DNA of 63,213 nucleotides, counting the filler, from Octopus bimaculoides (taxonomy: Eukaryota): assembly GCF_001194135.2 (NCBI RefSeq). It is 6 parts of 6 records of this genome, joined end to end, with 100 filler letters (N's around TTAATTAATTAA, not from the genome) between each part and the next. Parts side by side here need not be neighbours in the genome. Positions count along the whole stretch, not along the records: positions 1 to 28,454 come from NC_068984.1; 5 more parts are not named here. One strand, 5' to 3'. Numbering within the stretch: position 1 is the stretch's first letter; each line of letters begins with the position of its first letter. A program made the position numbers and the translations under genes. The notes under the pieces were generated by a model. It did no database searches and was not told the origin of the DNA. It saw nothing but the letters and a program-made list of their open reading frames with translations. Of this stretch, positions 10,901-24,182 are shown piece by piece.

Positions 10901-12819
10901 ATGTAGGATGTGATTTGAAAGAGACTTGGCACCTCTTTCTAGCAGGTTGAATGACTGTATAGAAGCTTTGTTTTGTAACTAAACAATAAATTTACTCTGC
11001 AAAATTTTTGTTACTATTAACAAGGAATTTAACAATATTCTTTGTGTTTATAAGATTTACATTTCAAAGGCCCTTCATCTGTGACCATCTTGCTCTTAGC
11101 TCAAGCTTTTTATATCTAAAACTATTTTGTTCACTATATCCATCTCTTTTGTATTGATCTGTACAAATGTAATTGCAGCATTGGAAAACTGAATTTATAT
11201 CAGTACCAAAAATTATGTCATTGATTGTCAAAGTAAAATTGTAGAAAATCCAAAGTACCTAGAGCATACTTTATCTTGATTTCCCCTTCTAACATTCATT
11301 TTATGCTTCATTTGTTTCTCTCTGTTCCATTCTACACTTCTTTCATTCTTTTTTCTGGTGCAAGGTCCTACACCAACATACTTAATTTAATGTCTTCTTA
11401 CATGATATTCTTTATTGCAGTAAGGCTATTCAGCAAACTGATCTGTCTAGTATTGATTATTCACTTTTGCCATCCTTCTCTAGGTATCATGTTGATACAC
11501 CTACAAACTTTGATTAAAATGTTTATTTTGTATTTTAAGCATCATTCTACTTTCTCTTACTTCAGTACACATGTAAAATTGTTTTGCTATTTTGTTAAAC
11601 CTTATGGATAATTATTCATATTTATACTTGAAATCTTGTAATTATATATAACTATTAAGCTCTTTTATTTATTTGTGATATTTAAATAAAACTTTACATT
11701 AATACTCTATATCATCAATTATAATTGATGATATTGTGTCTTAATAATGAATAGACATAAAGGTTGTCTAATTTCTTTAATGGAGGTTTGTCTTTGATCT
11801 GCAACTCATCAGTTACTAAATATTCTTGATTAGTGAAGATCAACTGTATTTACCTACAAAATATGACTCTAAATATAATCTCTATTACTTATTAACTTTT
11901 ATATCTAATTACTTACTTGCCCACCAGTTTTTGATAAATATATATCTCCAATTGTATATTTTATTCCTTATAATAATGATATTTCAGTTTTTTTAATTCT
12001 TTTATGTTACTTATTTTTCTTAAATGAGCTTACTAGAAAAACTACTTGGTAATACAAATATGCTGTGCACATTTAAATAATTGTCAACATCACTGCTTTA
12101 CATATGCTTTTCAAGCTGGTATGAGCTAAATGGACCACTACAGTTGGAGCCAGCACTTATTCATACCTAAGAAAATCAGAGAATTGCATCTCACTTATAT
12201 ATTTCAACAGCCGGATGCCCTTGCTATTACCAGCCACTTTGCAGTGTGTAATGAGTACATTTTTTCATGACTCTAGCATCAGAGAAGTTATCATGCCAGA
12301 TAGCATGTTAGAGGGGTCAGTCAGTCCAGAAACATCCCTATTTACATTGTTCACATGGTGCAATGAGAAGAGATGTAGATTGTTTCTGGTATTGGAATTA
12401 AAGTGGAGAGATTTTTAGTGAGCAGTCTTCATGCAAACACAATTACTTCATTAGTGTCAATAAAGTTTAGGATAGCAGACAAGGAATGAGATTATAATGC
12501 ACTTAGAACAGAGTAATAAAACTAATACTGTTTGTCAGACAGTGAGAAACATACTTCAAACTTGTCTCTATGCTAAGATAAATGAGCAAAATATTTGTAT
12601 TAGCCTTCATGATCATAAAACAAGCCAATAAGGAAGCCTTTATGTATTTACTCAACCAGTAAGAAACTGCAACCAAATCACTTCCATATCACCACCTCCC
12701 CTACTAATTTTGCTATGTTTAATAAAATTAAGATATTATAAATCTGTTGTGTTAGAGATGAGAAACAATTTATCATAGCTATGAGATTAATTTTGTTGTT
12801 TTTCCTCTTTCAGGTAAAC

Positions 12820-12903
12820 ATGACAACCATTACATTTGTGACAGGGAATGCTAATAAATTAAAAGAATTTATTCAAATTCTTGGCAAAAACTTTCCCTAT
12901 AAA
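12820..12903 (+). CDS. ITPA: ITPA coding exon 1 (MTTITFVTGNANKLKEFIQILGKNFPYK)
   Basis: Acceptor TTTCAG| at 12813, ATG at 12820, donor |GTATGT at 12904, phase 0. Contains the FVTGNxxK N-terminal motif of the HAM1/ITPA family. Confidence 0.97.
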
Positions 12904-14297
12904 GTATGTATTTCTTTACATAGACTTTTTTGATACAAACACTCCTGGGACTGATTCTTGTCCCGTTTATTCAAAACTCAAACTTTTTAATGTGTTCATC
13001 TTTAAACTATTACCTCTTGTCATAATTTTATGTCAAAAAGCTTTTGTTATATTCTACATGTCAGCATAATAATGAATAAGTTATTGAACTACTAAATCAT
13101 CCAAATTCTTGATTATATCCAAAACGAACTGAGACATATGAAATTTATCATCATCGTTTTAATGCCCAGTTTTCTATACTTGCATGGGTTGGACGGAATT
13201 CATTGGGGTAGTTTCTCTATGGCTGAATGCCCTTGTTGTCAACCCTCACCTGTTTCAAAGCAAGGTAGTATTTTCCAATGGCCAGGCATATTATCGCAGA
13301 ACACTGGGAACACAGTACACCACTTGTATTGTGATAACACTCATTTACAACTATCAGCATACAAGACAAATTTCTTTCAGTTTCCATCTATCAAATTCAT
13401 TCACAAATGTTTGGTCAGTTTGGGGCCATAGCAGCAAGACACTTGCCCAAGGTACCATGCAATGAGGCTGAGCCTGAAACTATGTGATTGGGAAGCAAAC
13501 TAGTTCATTTCATGCCAATTGCCAGTTAAATTATTTTACGTTTTATGTTTTCATTCATATATATAATCATCACAATCTAATGTCTGTTTTCCATGCTGGC
13601 ATGGATTGGACAGTTTGACCAGAGCTGGCAAGCAGGAGAGCTGCACCAGGTTCCAATCTGATTTGGCCTGGTTTCTATGGTTGGATGCCCTTCCTACCTT
13701 TACAGAATGTTCTGGGTGCAAAGTCATAAAGTTGGATATCTTTCTCCATTATGAAAGTGTTTACTTTCTGTACTGAAGGTCGACAACTGTAACTACGGAA
13801 AATTCATGTTATGTAACTCTGCCAATTCTTGCAACTTGTCTTCAAATTCTGCCTGCTGTTTCAGGGTGATGTTAACCACAATGCACTAGCTCCATCCAGC
13901 ACTGGCTATGAAGTTGCCAGGCATTTTTACTATCTTCTTTCTAGTGCTTTGAGGTGTAGGTTAGTGTTCTCCTGACTCAAATGACAACTGTTTTGCCAGC
14001 CTTCAGTTAGTCAGACAGTTCTTCCAGCTTCAGAGATGTTGCAGATTTCCTTCTGTTTGCCTTCTTTGATTGTGACATGGATTCAAGTTTGGATTTGGTT
14101 TTGCATCAAAGTCAGATATTCGACTCAAAACATCCACAGTGACAACCAACTACCTAGTTCCCATTTTCCTTAGCATACAAGACTGCATTTGAGTATGATG
14201 ATCAATTACATGTAATGTTCGAGAGTGACAATGGTTTTTACACATTTCTTCTTATATAGTAATGTGGCAATTCTTTATTCAACAAGTGAAATGTTAA

Positions 14298-14533
14298 CCC
14301 TTTGTCTGTCCTGTGAATCACATGTGACACACAGGACACATTTCCCCAATGTCCATGCATCATATATGATCCACATTCTCAATTTTTTTAAACTACCAGA
14401 GTAACTTGGGATTCATGAAAGGAAAGCTTTATATTACTCATGAATGTATGAAGCAAGAGCTAACTAGAAGTTTGTACACAAGCATAGACAAGTTTAGGAC
14501 AAATTTATGAAAATGCTTTGGACAAGCAAAGGG
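14298..14533. mobile_element. piggyBac-type MITE (236 bp) in an ITPA intron
   Basis: TTAA|CCCTTTGTCTGTCC ... GGACAAGCAAAGGG|TTAA, i.e. a TTAA TSD with CCC/GGG termini. Confidence 0.8.
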
Positions 14534-14629
14534 TTAAGTGTTTCATCATTTTCCACATGTTCTATTTGAACCAATGAGAAACAAGGAACCTGTCAGCCAT
14601 TTTTAATATGTATACCAGTGATTGCACTT

Positions 14630-17290
14630 CTTGCTTGCTCCCTCAGCTGCTGGTCATTGAGATGTTTTGATAGACTGGAGACTTTGACTTTTGTAAACAG
14701 CTTATAAAGGTGAGATAAGAGGCATATGGGTCTGTAGTTTCTAAAATCTTCTTCATTACTCTTATGAATCAAGATGGTATTCAACTCTTTCCACAGTGAG
14801 GGTATTTTACCCTTCTTCAGATAGTAGTTGAAGTGTAGAACAAGGATTTTCCATAGCTCTTTACTTCCACACCGTCTGTTGTTATACCATCTTTTTCAGG
14901 AGTTTTGTCTGCTTTTATCAACTTGACCAGAATAGGTGGCATTTCTTCCAAGATTTGTAATGGTAGAGGATCACACTTTGCTTACAACAAATCCTATACC
15001 ACCTGTTAATCTTGCACCTTCTGCTTTCCCCATCTCACTACAGCATGATGGATCACATACTCACTCTAAAACAGTTTATGGAATGAATAAATGAATACAA
15101 GCTGCCTCTGTGCATTGCTTTTTCTGACTATGGAAAGGCCAATGTAGAAGGTTTTGCATGTCTCTTCCATATCCCTTTTGTCTGTTACCATGAGCCCATC
15201 CTTGTTGTTAAATGCCATCACCTGAACCTATAGAGTGTCCTCTCTCCTGCATCTTTTTAGACTTTTCTTTTCCTCTTCAGTTTGCATCAGCTTTTAGCTT
15301 CTTCAATTTATAATTGATTGTTTTGCAGAGAACAAAATACTCAAAGTAATCTTTTATGTTCCTCTTCATAGTTTCCATTTCTCTTGCATTTTCTTCATCT
15401 CCTCTAAGATTCTTCTGTCAAGATCCTGCTGGATCCTTACTTTCCAGTTCTACCTCAACTTTTGATTTTCTAGACCAGTAGATAGTAGTCCTCACCAAAC
15501 TCTTCAAGTTGACCCCCAAACTTCTCTCTTGATAGCATCCTGAAACTGCATCACATCAAAGGCCTTGACACAGTGATTCTTCATTGAGATGTGCAGAACA
15601 TTCTTCTCTCTGATTTTGTTGATCACTATCCTCACTCATAGTAAGCAGTGACCACTGCCTGTGTTGAATGGCACTATCACCAAAATGTCTTGCAGTATGT
15701 GCTGTTTGTTGACCAGGATGTGGTAAATTTCAGGGGATATCCAGGTCCATGTCCTTCCAGATTGCTTTCTGAATAAGTTGATCCCAATGTAAAGTTGTCT
15801 TCCCTCTGCCATAGTAACCAAACATTCTCCTCTTTTGTTTCTCTCTCTTGATCCAAACTTTCCAACACGTTACTCTCCCTGCCATCCCATTCCAACTTTC
15901 ATGTTGAAATCTCCCATCACTACAATGTAAGTAGATTTGTAAGCTAGCACTTTCTCGAGATCTTGGAAGAATTTTTCTACTAAATTATCTTTGCTGACAT
16001 TTGTGGGAGCTTAGGTCTGGATGATCATCAGGCAGAATGGTATTTCCTGAGAGATACATTTCAGCACTCATGCATGAAGAAAACAATTGGTAGGATATGA
16101 TTTTTGAAGCCCATTCTTTGCTTACAACAAACCCTATACCACCTGTTAATCTTGCACCTTCTGCTTTCCCCATCTCACTACAGCATGATGGATCACATAC
16201 TCACTCTAAAACAGTTTATGGAATGAATAAATGAATACAAGCTGCCTCTGTGCATTGCTTTCTCTTACTATGGAAAGGCCTTTGATAGTTTGAGATAAAT
16301 GTAGTGTTGAAATCTTTGAAAATGCAAGGTGTTGGGATGCATTACACTAAACTGCTTAGGGATGCAAACTCTGGATGCACCACAGATACAGCTCTGCTAT
16401 TGCCACCAATAAGAGTTCTGATTGGAAAGGGTGTCAAACAAGGAGATACCATCTCTCCAAAATTCTTCCCTACATGTCTAGAAGTGGTTGTCAGAGACAT
16501 TGACTGGACAGGTGGTGTGAACATCAACAGTGAGCTACTAACAGATGAGATTATACTCGTCGCTGAAACCACAAATCAGCTGCAGATCATGCTGGTAGAG
16601 CTAGACACCCATAGCTCAGTGGTAGGCCTTAAAATGAACAGCATGGAAGCAATAAACATGCAGTCCAAAAACATAGCACAAGATTGAACAGTAGTGGGAA
16701 GCAATGTAATCTTGGAGGTAAAGGAGTATATCTATTTAGGGCACACAGTGAATATGCAATGAGACATGGATGTTGAAATCTCAAAGAGAATATGGGCAGG
16801 ATAGAAGGCATTTACTTCAGTAAAGAATGTGCTTGAAACAAAGCTGGGCAAGACCATACATGCCAAACTCTTCAACAGCACCATCCTACATGTACTTTTA
16901 CACGCAAGTGAGACACAAGCTACTTCAAAGAAGGAAGAACACTCATTGGTTATGACGCAAAGGGCCATGAAAAGATCCATATGAGGAATATCATTATTGG
17001 AGCATTTTGGAAATGAGATCATTTGAGAATGGAGCAGAGTGAATGTTGTAATGGCAGAATACCAAAAGCACATGTTCAACTGGGCCAGACGCTTCAAGAT
17101 TCACAGACAACAGGTGAACCCGTGCAGTTGCCAGGTGCTATCCAAGAGATTGGAAAAGGCCACTAAGAAGGCTTCTGCAATGATTGGAAGACAATTTAGT
17201 TAAGTGATTTGAGACAAGATGGAAAAGTATGGCACAATTAAGAAAGAGTTGAAAGTGCATTGTAACCAGTAGTGCATTGATAGTGATCAT
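14630..17290. mobile_element. Degenerate RTE-clade LINE with an inverted 5' half, in an ITPA intron
   Basis: On the - strand: APE endonuclease (GGIGFVVSK, VMGDFN), linker, and RT start (NYRPICLLSHLYKLFTK...EQA). On the + strand from about 16174: DHILTLKQ...DYGKAFD, GVKQGDTISPK, and a C-terminal RTE region to about 17250. Confidence 0.9.
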
Positions 17291-18044
17291 GTAATTTCCA
17301 CAATGTTAACTTTTCAGTAGATGAATGTTTATAGCCTGCACCAATACAGTTCAAAGGTTGTTTCGAATTTACTTTTTGTTTTGTTTAGGTTGCATAAACT
17401 TTTCCAACATATTTTATACAACTGTGTAACACATTTTTGCCCTTGGGTAGCAATTGTTATTTCCTATTTGCTTACCCCTAGAAAGTATGAAAAATGGCTA
17501 ATATTTCCTTCAGAGATTGCTTTCCTCAAACTTCTCTCCACCGAACTGTTGAGCTTGCAATTCTTGTAGTTATTCTGCCATCTATATTGTCAGAACATTC
17601 TTGAAATTATTAAAACTTTTAGAAATTTCTCAAAAGTTCTAGAAAATTCTGTTTCAGCAACTCAGTACTGAATCTGCCTGAAATGTAATGGAAAATAGGT
17701 CAGTTTCAAAATAGTGATGTCCAGGTCACAAAAGAAAAATTTTGAAGGGAATAGTAGTAATTTCTATTGATTCCAAGATAGAAGCAAATAGGAATTAACA
17801 CTTACTGCCAAAAGACAAAAAATAATATTAAAATTTTGTCATTACACTGTATAATAAATCTAACAACAAAACTCTCCTTTTTTTCCTAAGAAAGGTTAAT
17901 GTATACTAAACACTGAAGATAGTTTTCTTGGGATTTCATTGCTCATAATTAGGTTTACAGAGTATACATGATTATATACACTTGCATTATACACAAATCG
18001 ATATAGCAAGCTGATTTCTTAATTTTTTGTTATATTAAAAGATA

Positions 18045-18247
18045 TTTTGTTGTGTCTGGAGAGTTATGCTGCCTTAATATCTAACATACTCACTGGTTCA
18101 ATTTCCACTCATTATTTATATTTTTATCTTTGACAAGGTTGCAAAAGCAATGAAAATTTTGGAAGAAAAAATATAAATAATGAGTGGAAATTGAACTGGT
18201 AAGTGTGTAAGATATTAAGGCAGTATGACTCTCCTCAGACAACAAAA
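18045..18247. repeat. Intronic foldback hairpin (~85-bp arms, ~32-nt loop)
   Basis: TTTTGTTGTGTCTGGAGAGTTATGCTGCCTTAATATC...TTTCCACTCATTATTTATATTTTT pairs with AAAAATATAAATAATGAGTGGAAA...GATATTAAGGCAGTATGACTCTCCTCAGACAACAAAA. Confidence 0.9.
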
Positions 18248-18385
18248 TTTGTTTCAACACATGAATTCACATAAAGAATCTTGCAAACCAGATACAAAAA
18301 TGAAGTTAAATGATATTAATATTTTTGAAAAATGAAAACTTTACTGACTAAAATGTTAAATAAATTTAATTGTTATTTTCATTAG

Positions 18386-18578
18386 TTAATTAATGAAAAT
18401 ATTGACATTCCTGAATACCAAGGAGAAAGTGATGATATTTCACGTGCCAAATGTCTTGAAGCTGCTAAAATTGTCAAAGGTCCAGTTGTTGTAGAAGATA
18501 CCTCTCTTTGCTTTAATGCTCTTGGTGGACTGCCAGGACCATACATAAAATGGTTTTTAGATAAATTGAAGCCAGAAG
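18386..18578 (+). CDS. ITPA: ITPA coding exon 2 ([13 protein letters not shown]...[30 protein letters not shown])
   Basis: Acceptor ATTAG|, donor G|GTAAG; 193 nt, phase 0 to 1. Contains PEYQG and the catalytic VEDT motif. Confidence 0.98.
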
Positions 18579-19399
18579 GTAAGATTTTTATTGAAATATT
18601 TGGATTTGATAAAGATGCTTTGGTGATGTAATCATTAAGGTAATATTATCTTTGTCTTTTAAGCTGTTTAATTTGATGTATAAAAATAAAAAGACAGTTG
18701 AAGATTTTCATGTAAAAGTCAACTGTATGCACATACATATGTACATAGGTAATTCTTGAAAAGTGTTAAATATCAAAAAATTTCTTTGCATCTATTATTG
18801 TGGTTCCATATTTATGTACAGATGCAAAGAAATTGCTGTTGGTAGTTAACACACTTTAAGAATTGCTTGCAATAAAGCACATAAAGCCACAAAAATTAAG
18901 ATCTAGCCAATGAGCTTCTATATGCTCACTTGACCTGCTAGTTTAACAGTCAAATTTCTCCCAAATCCCCACCTTACCATCTTGAAGATTGGACAATGTA
19001 ATCTTAAACATATAAAACACTAGATGGTTATTGTCAGCACACATTTGATCATGGGTCTCCATGATCAGGTTTGATTTAATAACAACATCAACAAAAAACA
19101 TGATAAAGTTTAGTTATATATGGAATGATATTTATTTAGGCCTCTTTTCGTCTTGTAGATCATTACCATGTTTTCTCCACAACTATGTACTTTAGACATC
19201 TAGAAATAATGGAGAGAAGAATGGCTTCAAAAAGTCTTTTGCTTTCTGGTTCCTACCACATGTTATAGAAAATATGTCTTACATATCATTTTTATGTAAC
19301 CTAAAAAATATTCATAAAAATGACATTGCATGAATTAAGTATATTTTTCCATGGTTATATTAATGAAATGCCTGCATCATTTTGATCTGTTTATCTCAG

Positions 19400-19692
19400 G
19401 TTTACACCACCTCCTGCATGGATTTGAAGACAAAAGTGCATATGCTCTATGTACACTTGCTTTCTCCACTGGCAATCTAGAAACCCCAGTTTTGTTGTTC
19501 AAAGGTCAAACAGATGGAAAAATTGTGGAACCTAGTGGACCAAACGATTTTGGATGGGATCCTTGTTTCCAACCCGACGGCTTTGATCAGACATATGCTG
19601 AAATGCCCAAAGAATTAAAAAACAGCCTATCACATCGTGGGAAAGCAGTAATGGCATTTAAAGAGCATTTTATGAATAAAACTTTGAAGTAA
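19400..19692 (+). CDS. ITPA: ITPA coding exon 3 ([19 protein letters not shown]...[11 protein letters not shown]...SHRGKAV...TLK*)
   Basis: Acceptor CTCAG|; joins in frame. FGWD and SHR motifs are intact. Total CDS is 570 nt (189 aa plus stop). Confidence 0.98.
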
Positions 19693-19730
19693 ATATAAAT
19701 CAATTCTTATTAAATATTTTTTACAAAGAA

Positions 19731-19736
19731 AATAAA
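19731..19736 (+). terminator. Candidate ITPA polyadenylation signal AATAAA
   Basis: First AATAAA after the stop codon, about 40 nt downstream, followed by a T-rich tract. A second AATAAA lies near 19832. Confidence 0.45.
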
Positions 19737-20032
19737 ATTTTAAGAATTTTTTTTATATATATCTTTTTGCTAGCTAGTTTTTAAAATGAATCCTTAAATT
19801 CCATTATTTCAAGTAGAAACATCAATAACTAAATAAAGATAGTGTGTGTTTGTGTATAAGCATGTGTAGCTTTACCATCATCAGCTTGGTAAGCTTTGTG
19901 TATGTTGAGTTTCTTCATATTGAACATATTGTCATAAAGTGAACTCATTGTAAGAAAGAAAATAAGATATCTTGTAATTAACAAGAGTACTTACCATGAA
20001 ATTAATTAAAACAAAAAAAAAATATCAGCATA

Positions 20033-20415
20033 TAGGCACAGGCATGGCAGTGTGGTAAGAAGCTTGCTTCCCTATCACATGGTCTTAGGTTCAGTCCCAC
20101 TGTGTGGCACTTTTGGCTAATGTCTTCTGCTGTAGCCCAGGCTGACCAAAGCCTTGTGAGTGGATTTGGTAGACGGAAATTGAAAGAAGCCTCTGTGTGT
20201 ATGTCTTTATGTCTGTCCCCCATCACCACTTGACAACTGGTGTTGGTGTGTTAACATCTCTGTAACTTAGTAGTTCAGCAAAAGAGATCGATAGAATAAG
20301 TACTAGGCTTAAAAAATAAGTCCTGAGATTGATTCATTTGACTAAAAATCCTTTCAAAGCAGTGCTCCAGCATGGCCACAGTCAAATGACTGAAACAAGT
20401 AAATGAATAAAAGAA
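20033..20415 (+). mobile_element. Near full-length tRNA-derived SINE
   Basis: tRNA-like head (GGCAGTGTGGTAAG...GGTTCAGTCCCAC), shared core, and a tail ending ...GAAACAAGTAAATGAATAAAAG. Further copies at about 6310, 6640, 13385(-), 20790(-), 21205, 22010, 23390(-), 24055, 27170(-), 37490 and 61510(-). Confidence 0.8.
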
Positions 20416-20762
20416 TGAGTTCAGTGGGATTAAAAAATTATAAAATATCAGGTAATCATTTGAAGTTTATAGCAGCAGTATAGAGAGACATGACACCTCA
20501 GCTATAGTGAAAACTATCCATCTAGAATGCTGAATACTCTAAACAAGCTGCAGAATGCAATCTTTTAGCTAAGGCCATGATAGAGTACTACCTTGATGGG
20601 TTTCATAGAACTAATTGACCCCAGTACCTATTTTCAACCCTGGTACTTATATCTTAGGCATGTAAACAAACCAATTGTCAAGTAGTGAGGACGTGCACAG
20701 ATACACACACACATATACATACATACATACATGCATGCATGCATACATATATACATATACAC

Positions 20763-20793
<31 letters not shown>

Positions 20794-21355
20794 TATATGA
20801 TGGAATTCTTTCAGGTTTTTTCTACCAAATCCATTCACAATGCTTTGGTCAGCAGTGGGACTGAACTCAAGACCACATTGGTTGGGAAGCAAGTTTCTTA
20901 CCGCGCAGCCATACCTATATTTTTTACCCATATCACATGGAGGAGACAGGGATTTCACTAGAGGGGCTGGCACAGAACCACCAGCAATGAGGAGCACTAG
21001 TAGACCTTGTTTGCTCCACACATGATGACACTTCTGGGATCACCCTAGTCCCATCAAACGAGCATGAAGCAGCAGCAACCTTGTGCATATGTCTCAAGTG
21101 GAACAAGAAAGCTAGAGTGATAAGATGAGAGAGTAAGAGATGGTATGTGGAAAGAAACTGAAGATATCCACTAGCATTTTTCATTTTATTGATAGCACAT
21201 ATGCATATGGTCATGTGGTAAGAAACTTGCTTCCAAACCACATGGCTCTGAGTTCAGTCCCACTGCATGGCACCTTCGGTAATTGTCTTCTGCTATAGCT
21301 TTGAACTGACCAAAGCCTTATGAGTGAATTTGGTAGACAAAAACTGAAAGAGGTT

Positions 21356-21409
<54 letters not shown>

Positions 21410-22406
21410 CTTTGTATCTGTGTTTGTTCTTCCTACCACCACTTGACAGCTGTTGCTGGAATGCTTATGTCTCCATAACTTAGCAGTTCAGCAAAAGAAA
21501 CCAATAGAATAAGTACCAGGTTTAAAGAAAGAAAAATAAGTATTGGGGTTGATTCATTTGGCTAAAAATTCTTCAAGGTGGGGCCCCAGCATGATTGAAG
21601 TCTAATGACTGAAACAAGTAAAAGAAAAGATGTGTGTGTGCATGGATTTTTACATTCCACAGCTTAGCATGGCACTATACAGAAAAACGGCTATGTCATG
21701 TTTACATTCCCTATAAACAGCACATTTTGTTGGTTTGTGCTTTCAAAGAAAGTGGAACAGGAAAAATCTCTCAGTTGAAAAAACAGGTAAGAGTTGCAAT
21801 GGGAATGACATCTGGTCATAAAATACTACCTCTATAAGTCCTTGTCCAGCCCATTCCAGCATGGAAAAATGGATGTAAAACAGTACAAATGGGCAAAATG
21901 TATTTAAGTGAAAACTAGTACTGACCAACAAATTCATGCTCAAAAAATTTACAGGCTCTAAACAAAAAGTTGGATAGTTATTTTTATATAAAAGTTATAG
22001 GAAAGTATATTCAAGGCTGTGTGATAAGAAGTTTGCTTCCCAACTGCATGTTTTCAGTTTCAATCCCACTGTGGCACCTACAATTACTATAACTCTGGAG
22101 TGAACACAGCTTTGTGAGTGTATTTGGTAGATAAAAACTGAAAGAAGCCTATCATATATATATATATATATATATATANNNNNNNNNNNNNNNNNNNNNN
22201 NNNNNNNNNNNNNNNNNNNNNNNNNNNNNNNNNNNNNNNNNNNNNNNNNNNNNNNNNNNNNNNNNNNNNNNNNNNNNNNNNNNNNNNNNNNNNNNNNNNN
22301 NNNNNNNNNNNNNNNNNNNNNNNNNNNNNNNNNNNNNNNNNNNNNNNNNNNNNNNNNNNNNNNNNNNNNNNNNNNNNNNNNNNNNNNNNNNNNNNNNNNN
22401 NNNNNN

Positions 22407-23105
22407 CATGTATCCCATACTACTGGTCTTTATGCGCAGATTCCAAAATTCCAGTCTTATGGAACCTGTTAAAAGGATTTTGCTCCTGAAAAATGGAGGT
22501 CATGAAGCTCTGAAATGTGGGAGTTAAGGCCCCAAGATGAAATTTTAGAAATATTACTTCATTTGTGTCTAATATCTATGGTTAAAATTTCGTCAACAGC
22601 AAAAATATATGAATTTTCATGGGGGTTATGGCCCTTATGCATAGAATATAATTTCCAAATTTCATAAAGATCCATTCAGTACTTTTGACCTAGTTTTGGA
22701 TCATAAAAATTGACTAAAATTTGGGAGTTAAAGCCCCCATTAGGGGGTCTTAGAATCCTCATGAGAAGTGGAATACATCTTGATGTGTGTCAATTACCCT
22801 TGGTTGAAATTTCATCAACATCGAAAATGTATGAATTTTCATGGGGGTTCTGCCCACTTTTAGCCATCTGAAATTCAAACCAAACATACTGCATTATACC
22901 TGCCCTTATGCATTGAATCTAAGTTCCAAATATCATAAGGATCCATTCAGTAATTTTGGTCCATGAAATTGTATGAAACACAGCATTACCGTTCTCCCTA
23001 GGCTTGGATTTTGTGTTCCAAATTTCATTAGGATCGGTGCAGTAGTTTTTGAATGTATAAGTAACACAAGACAATACATAAAGACATTGACTTTTATATA
23101 ATAGA
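22407..23105 (-). mobile_element. Non-autonomous Helitron (5' portion) with an internal ~240-bp imperfect duplication
   Basis: The - strand starts A^TCTATTATATAAAAG at 23105. The block ATGAATTTTCATGGGGGTT...CCCTTATGCAT...GATCCATTCAGTA occurs twice. The 3' end is probably in the gap. Confidence 0.6.
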
Positions 23106-23884
23106 TAATGAATATACATACATGTGTGTGTGTGTGTATGTATTATATATATATATATATATCACAGAAAAAAAAGATAGAGTGATAGATACAACTGAGT
23201 GGGCAACCCAAAATATGAGACACTGCCTAGTGCTTTTTATTTTGATAAGCCTGGTACTTATTCTATCAGTTTCTTCTTGTCAAACCAGTAAGTTATGGGG
23301 ATGTAAATAAATGAACAGCAGTTGTGAAGCAGTGATAAGGGAGAAACACAGAGACAAAGACACACACATACACTTACATATATATCTATATACGATTGAT
23401 TTCTTTCAGTTTCTCTCTAAAAAATCTACTCACAAGGCTTTGGTTGGTCTGAGGTGACAGCAGAAGACACATGCCAAGTCACCACACAGTGGGACTGAAC
23501 CCAGGACCATGTGTTTTGGAACCAAGTTTCTTACCACACAGCCATACCTGCACCTGTGTGTATGAGTGTATATATGTGTGTATATTACATGTACATCTAT
23601 ATATACATGTAAATCTATATATAGACATCTACACATATACATCTATATCTATGTTTATACATCTATACATATGTATACATGTATATATATATTTATATAT
23701 ATATATATATATGTGTGTGTATATATAAATCTATATACATTTGTGCAGATGTATACATATATATACATAACATATATATATTATATATATGTATGTATGC
23801 CTGTATACATGTGAGATAATAATTTCACTTTTATAGTTTCAGTATTAAAGTGAAAATATCTGACATTACACTAGAAAGATGTTT

Positions 23885-24051
23885 GGGCTCGCACTAGGCA
23901 AGAAGTAAAAAATTTTGGGGGCCTAAAACACTACCTGGACCCTAAGTAAGGCATATGTAAAATTTGAATGAAATTGGTTGTGTAGTTCTCAAGTTTTAGG
24001 GATTCACACAGACAGACACACATTCTCATCTTTATATATATATCTGATAGA
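23885..24051 (-). mobile_element. Non-autonomous Helitron 5' fragment
   Basis: A^TCTATCAGATATATATATAAAGATGAGAATGTGTGTCTGTCTG. Similar 5' heads occur on the + strand at about 57745 and 58586. Confidence 0.55.
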
Positions 24052-24182
24052 TGCAGGTACAGCTGCATGGTAAGGGGTTTACTTCCCAACAACATGGTTC
24101 TAGGTTCAGTCCCATTGTGTGGCACCTTGGGTGAGTAGATTTGGTAGATGGAAACTGAAAGAAGCCTATATATATAATTATA

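Noticed and set aside
20033-20110. tRNA-like heads (A/B-box-like sequences) at many positions
   Set aside because: They are SINE 5' ends continuing into SINE bodies, with no complete cloverleaf.
23430-23814. YI/CV/HT-rich ORFs (also 20647, 29730, 37451, 38681, 39371 and 61149)
   Set aside because: Translations of (TA)n, (CA)n and (TATG)n microsatellites and SINEs.
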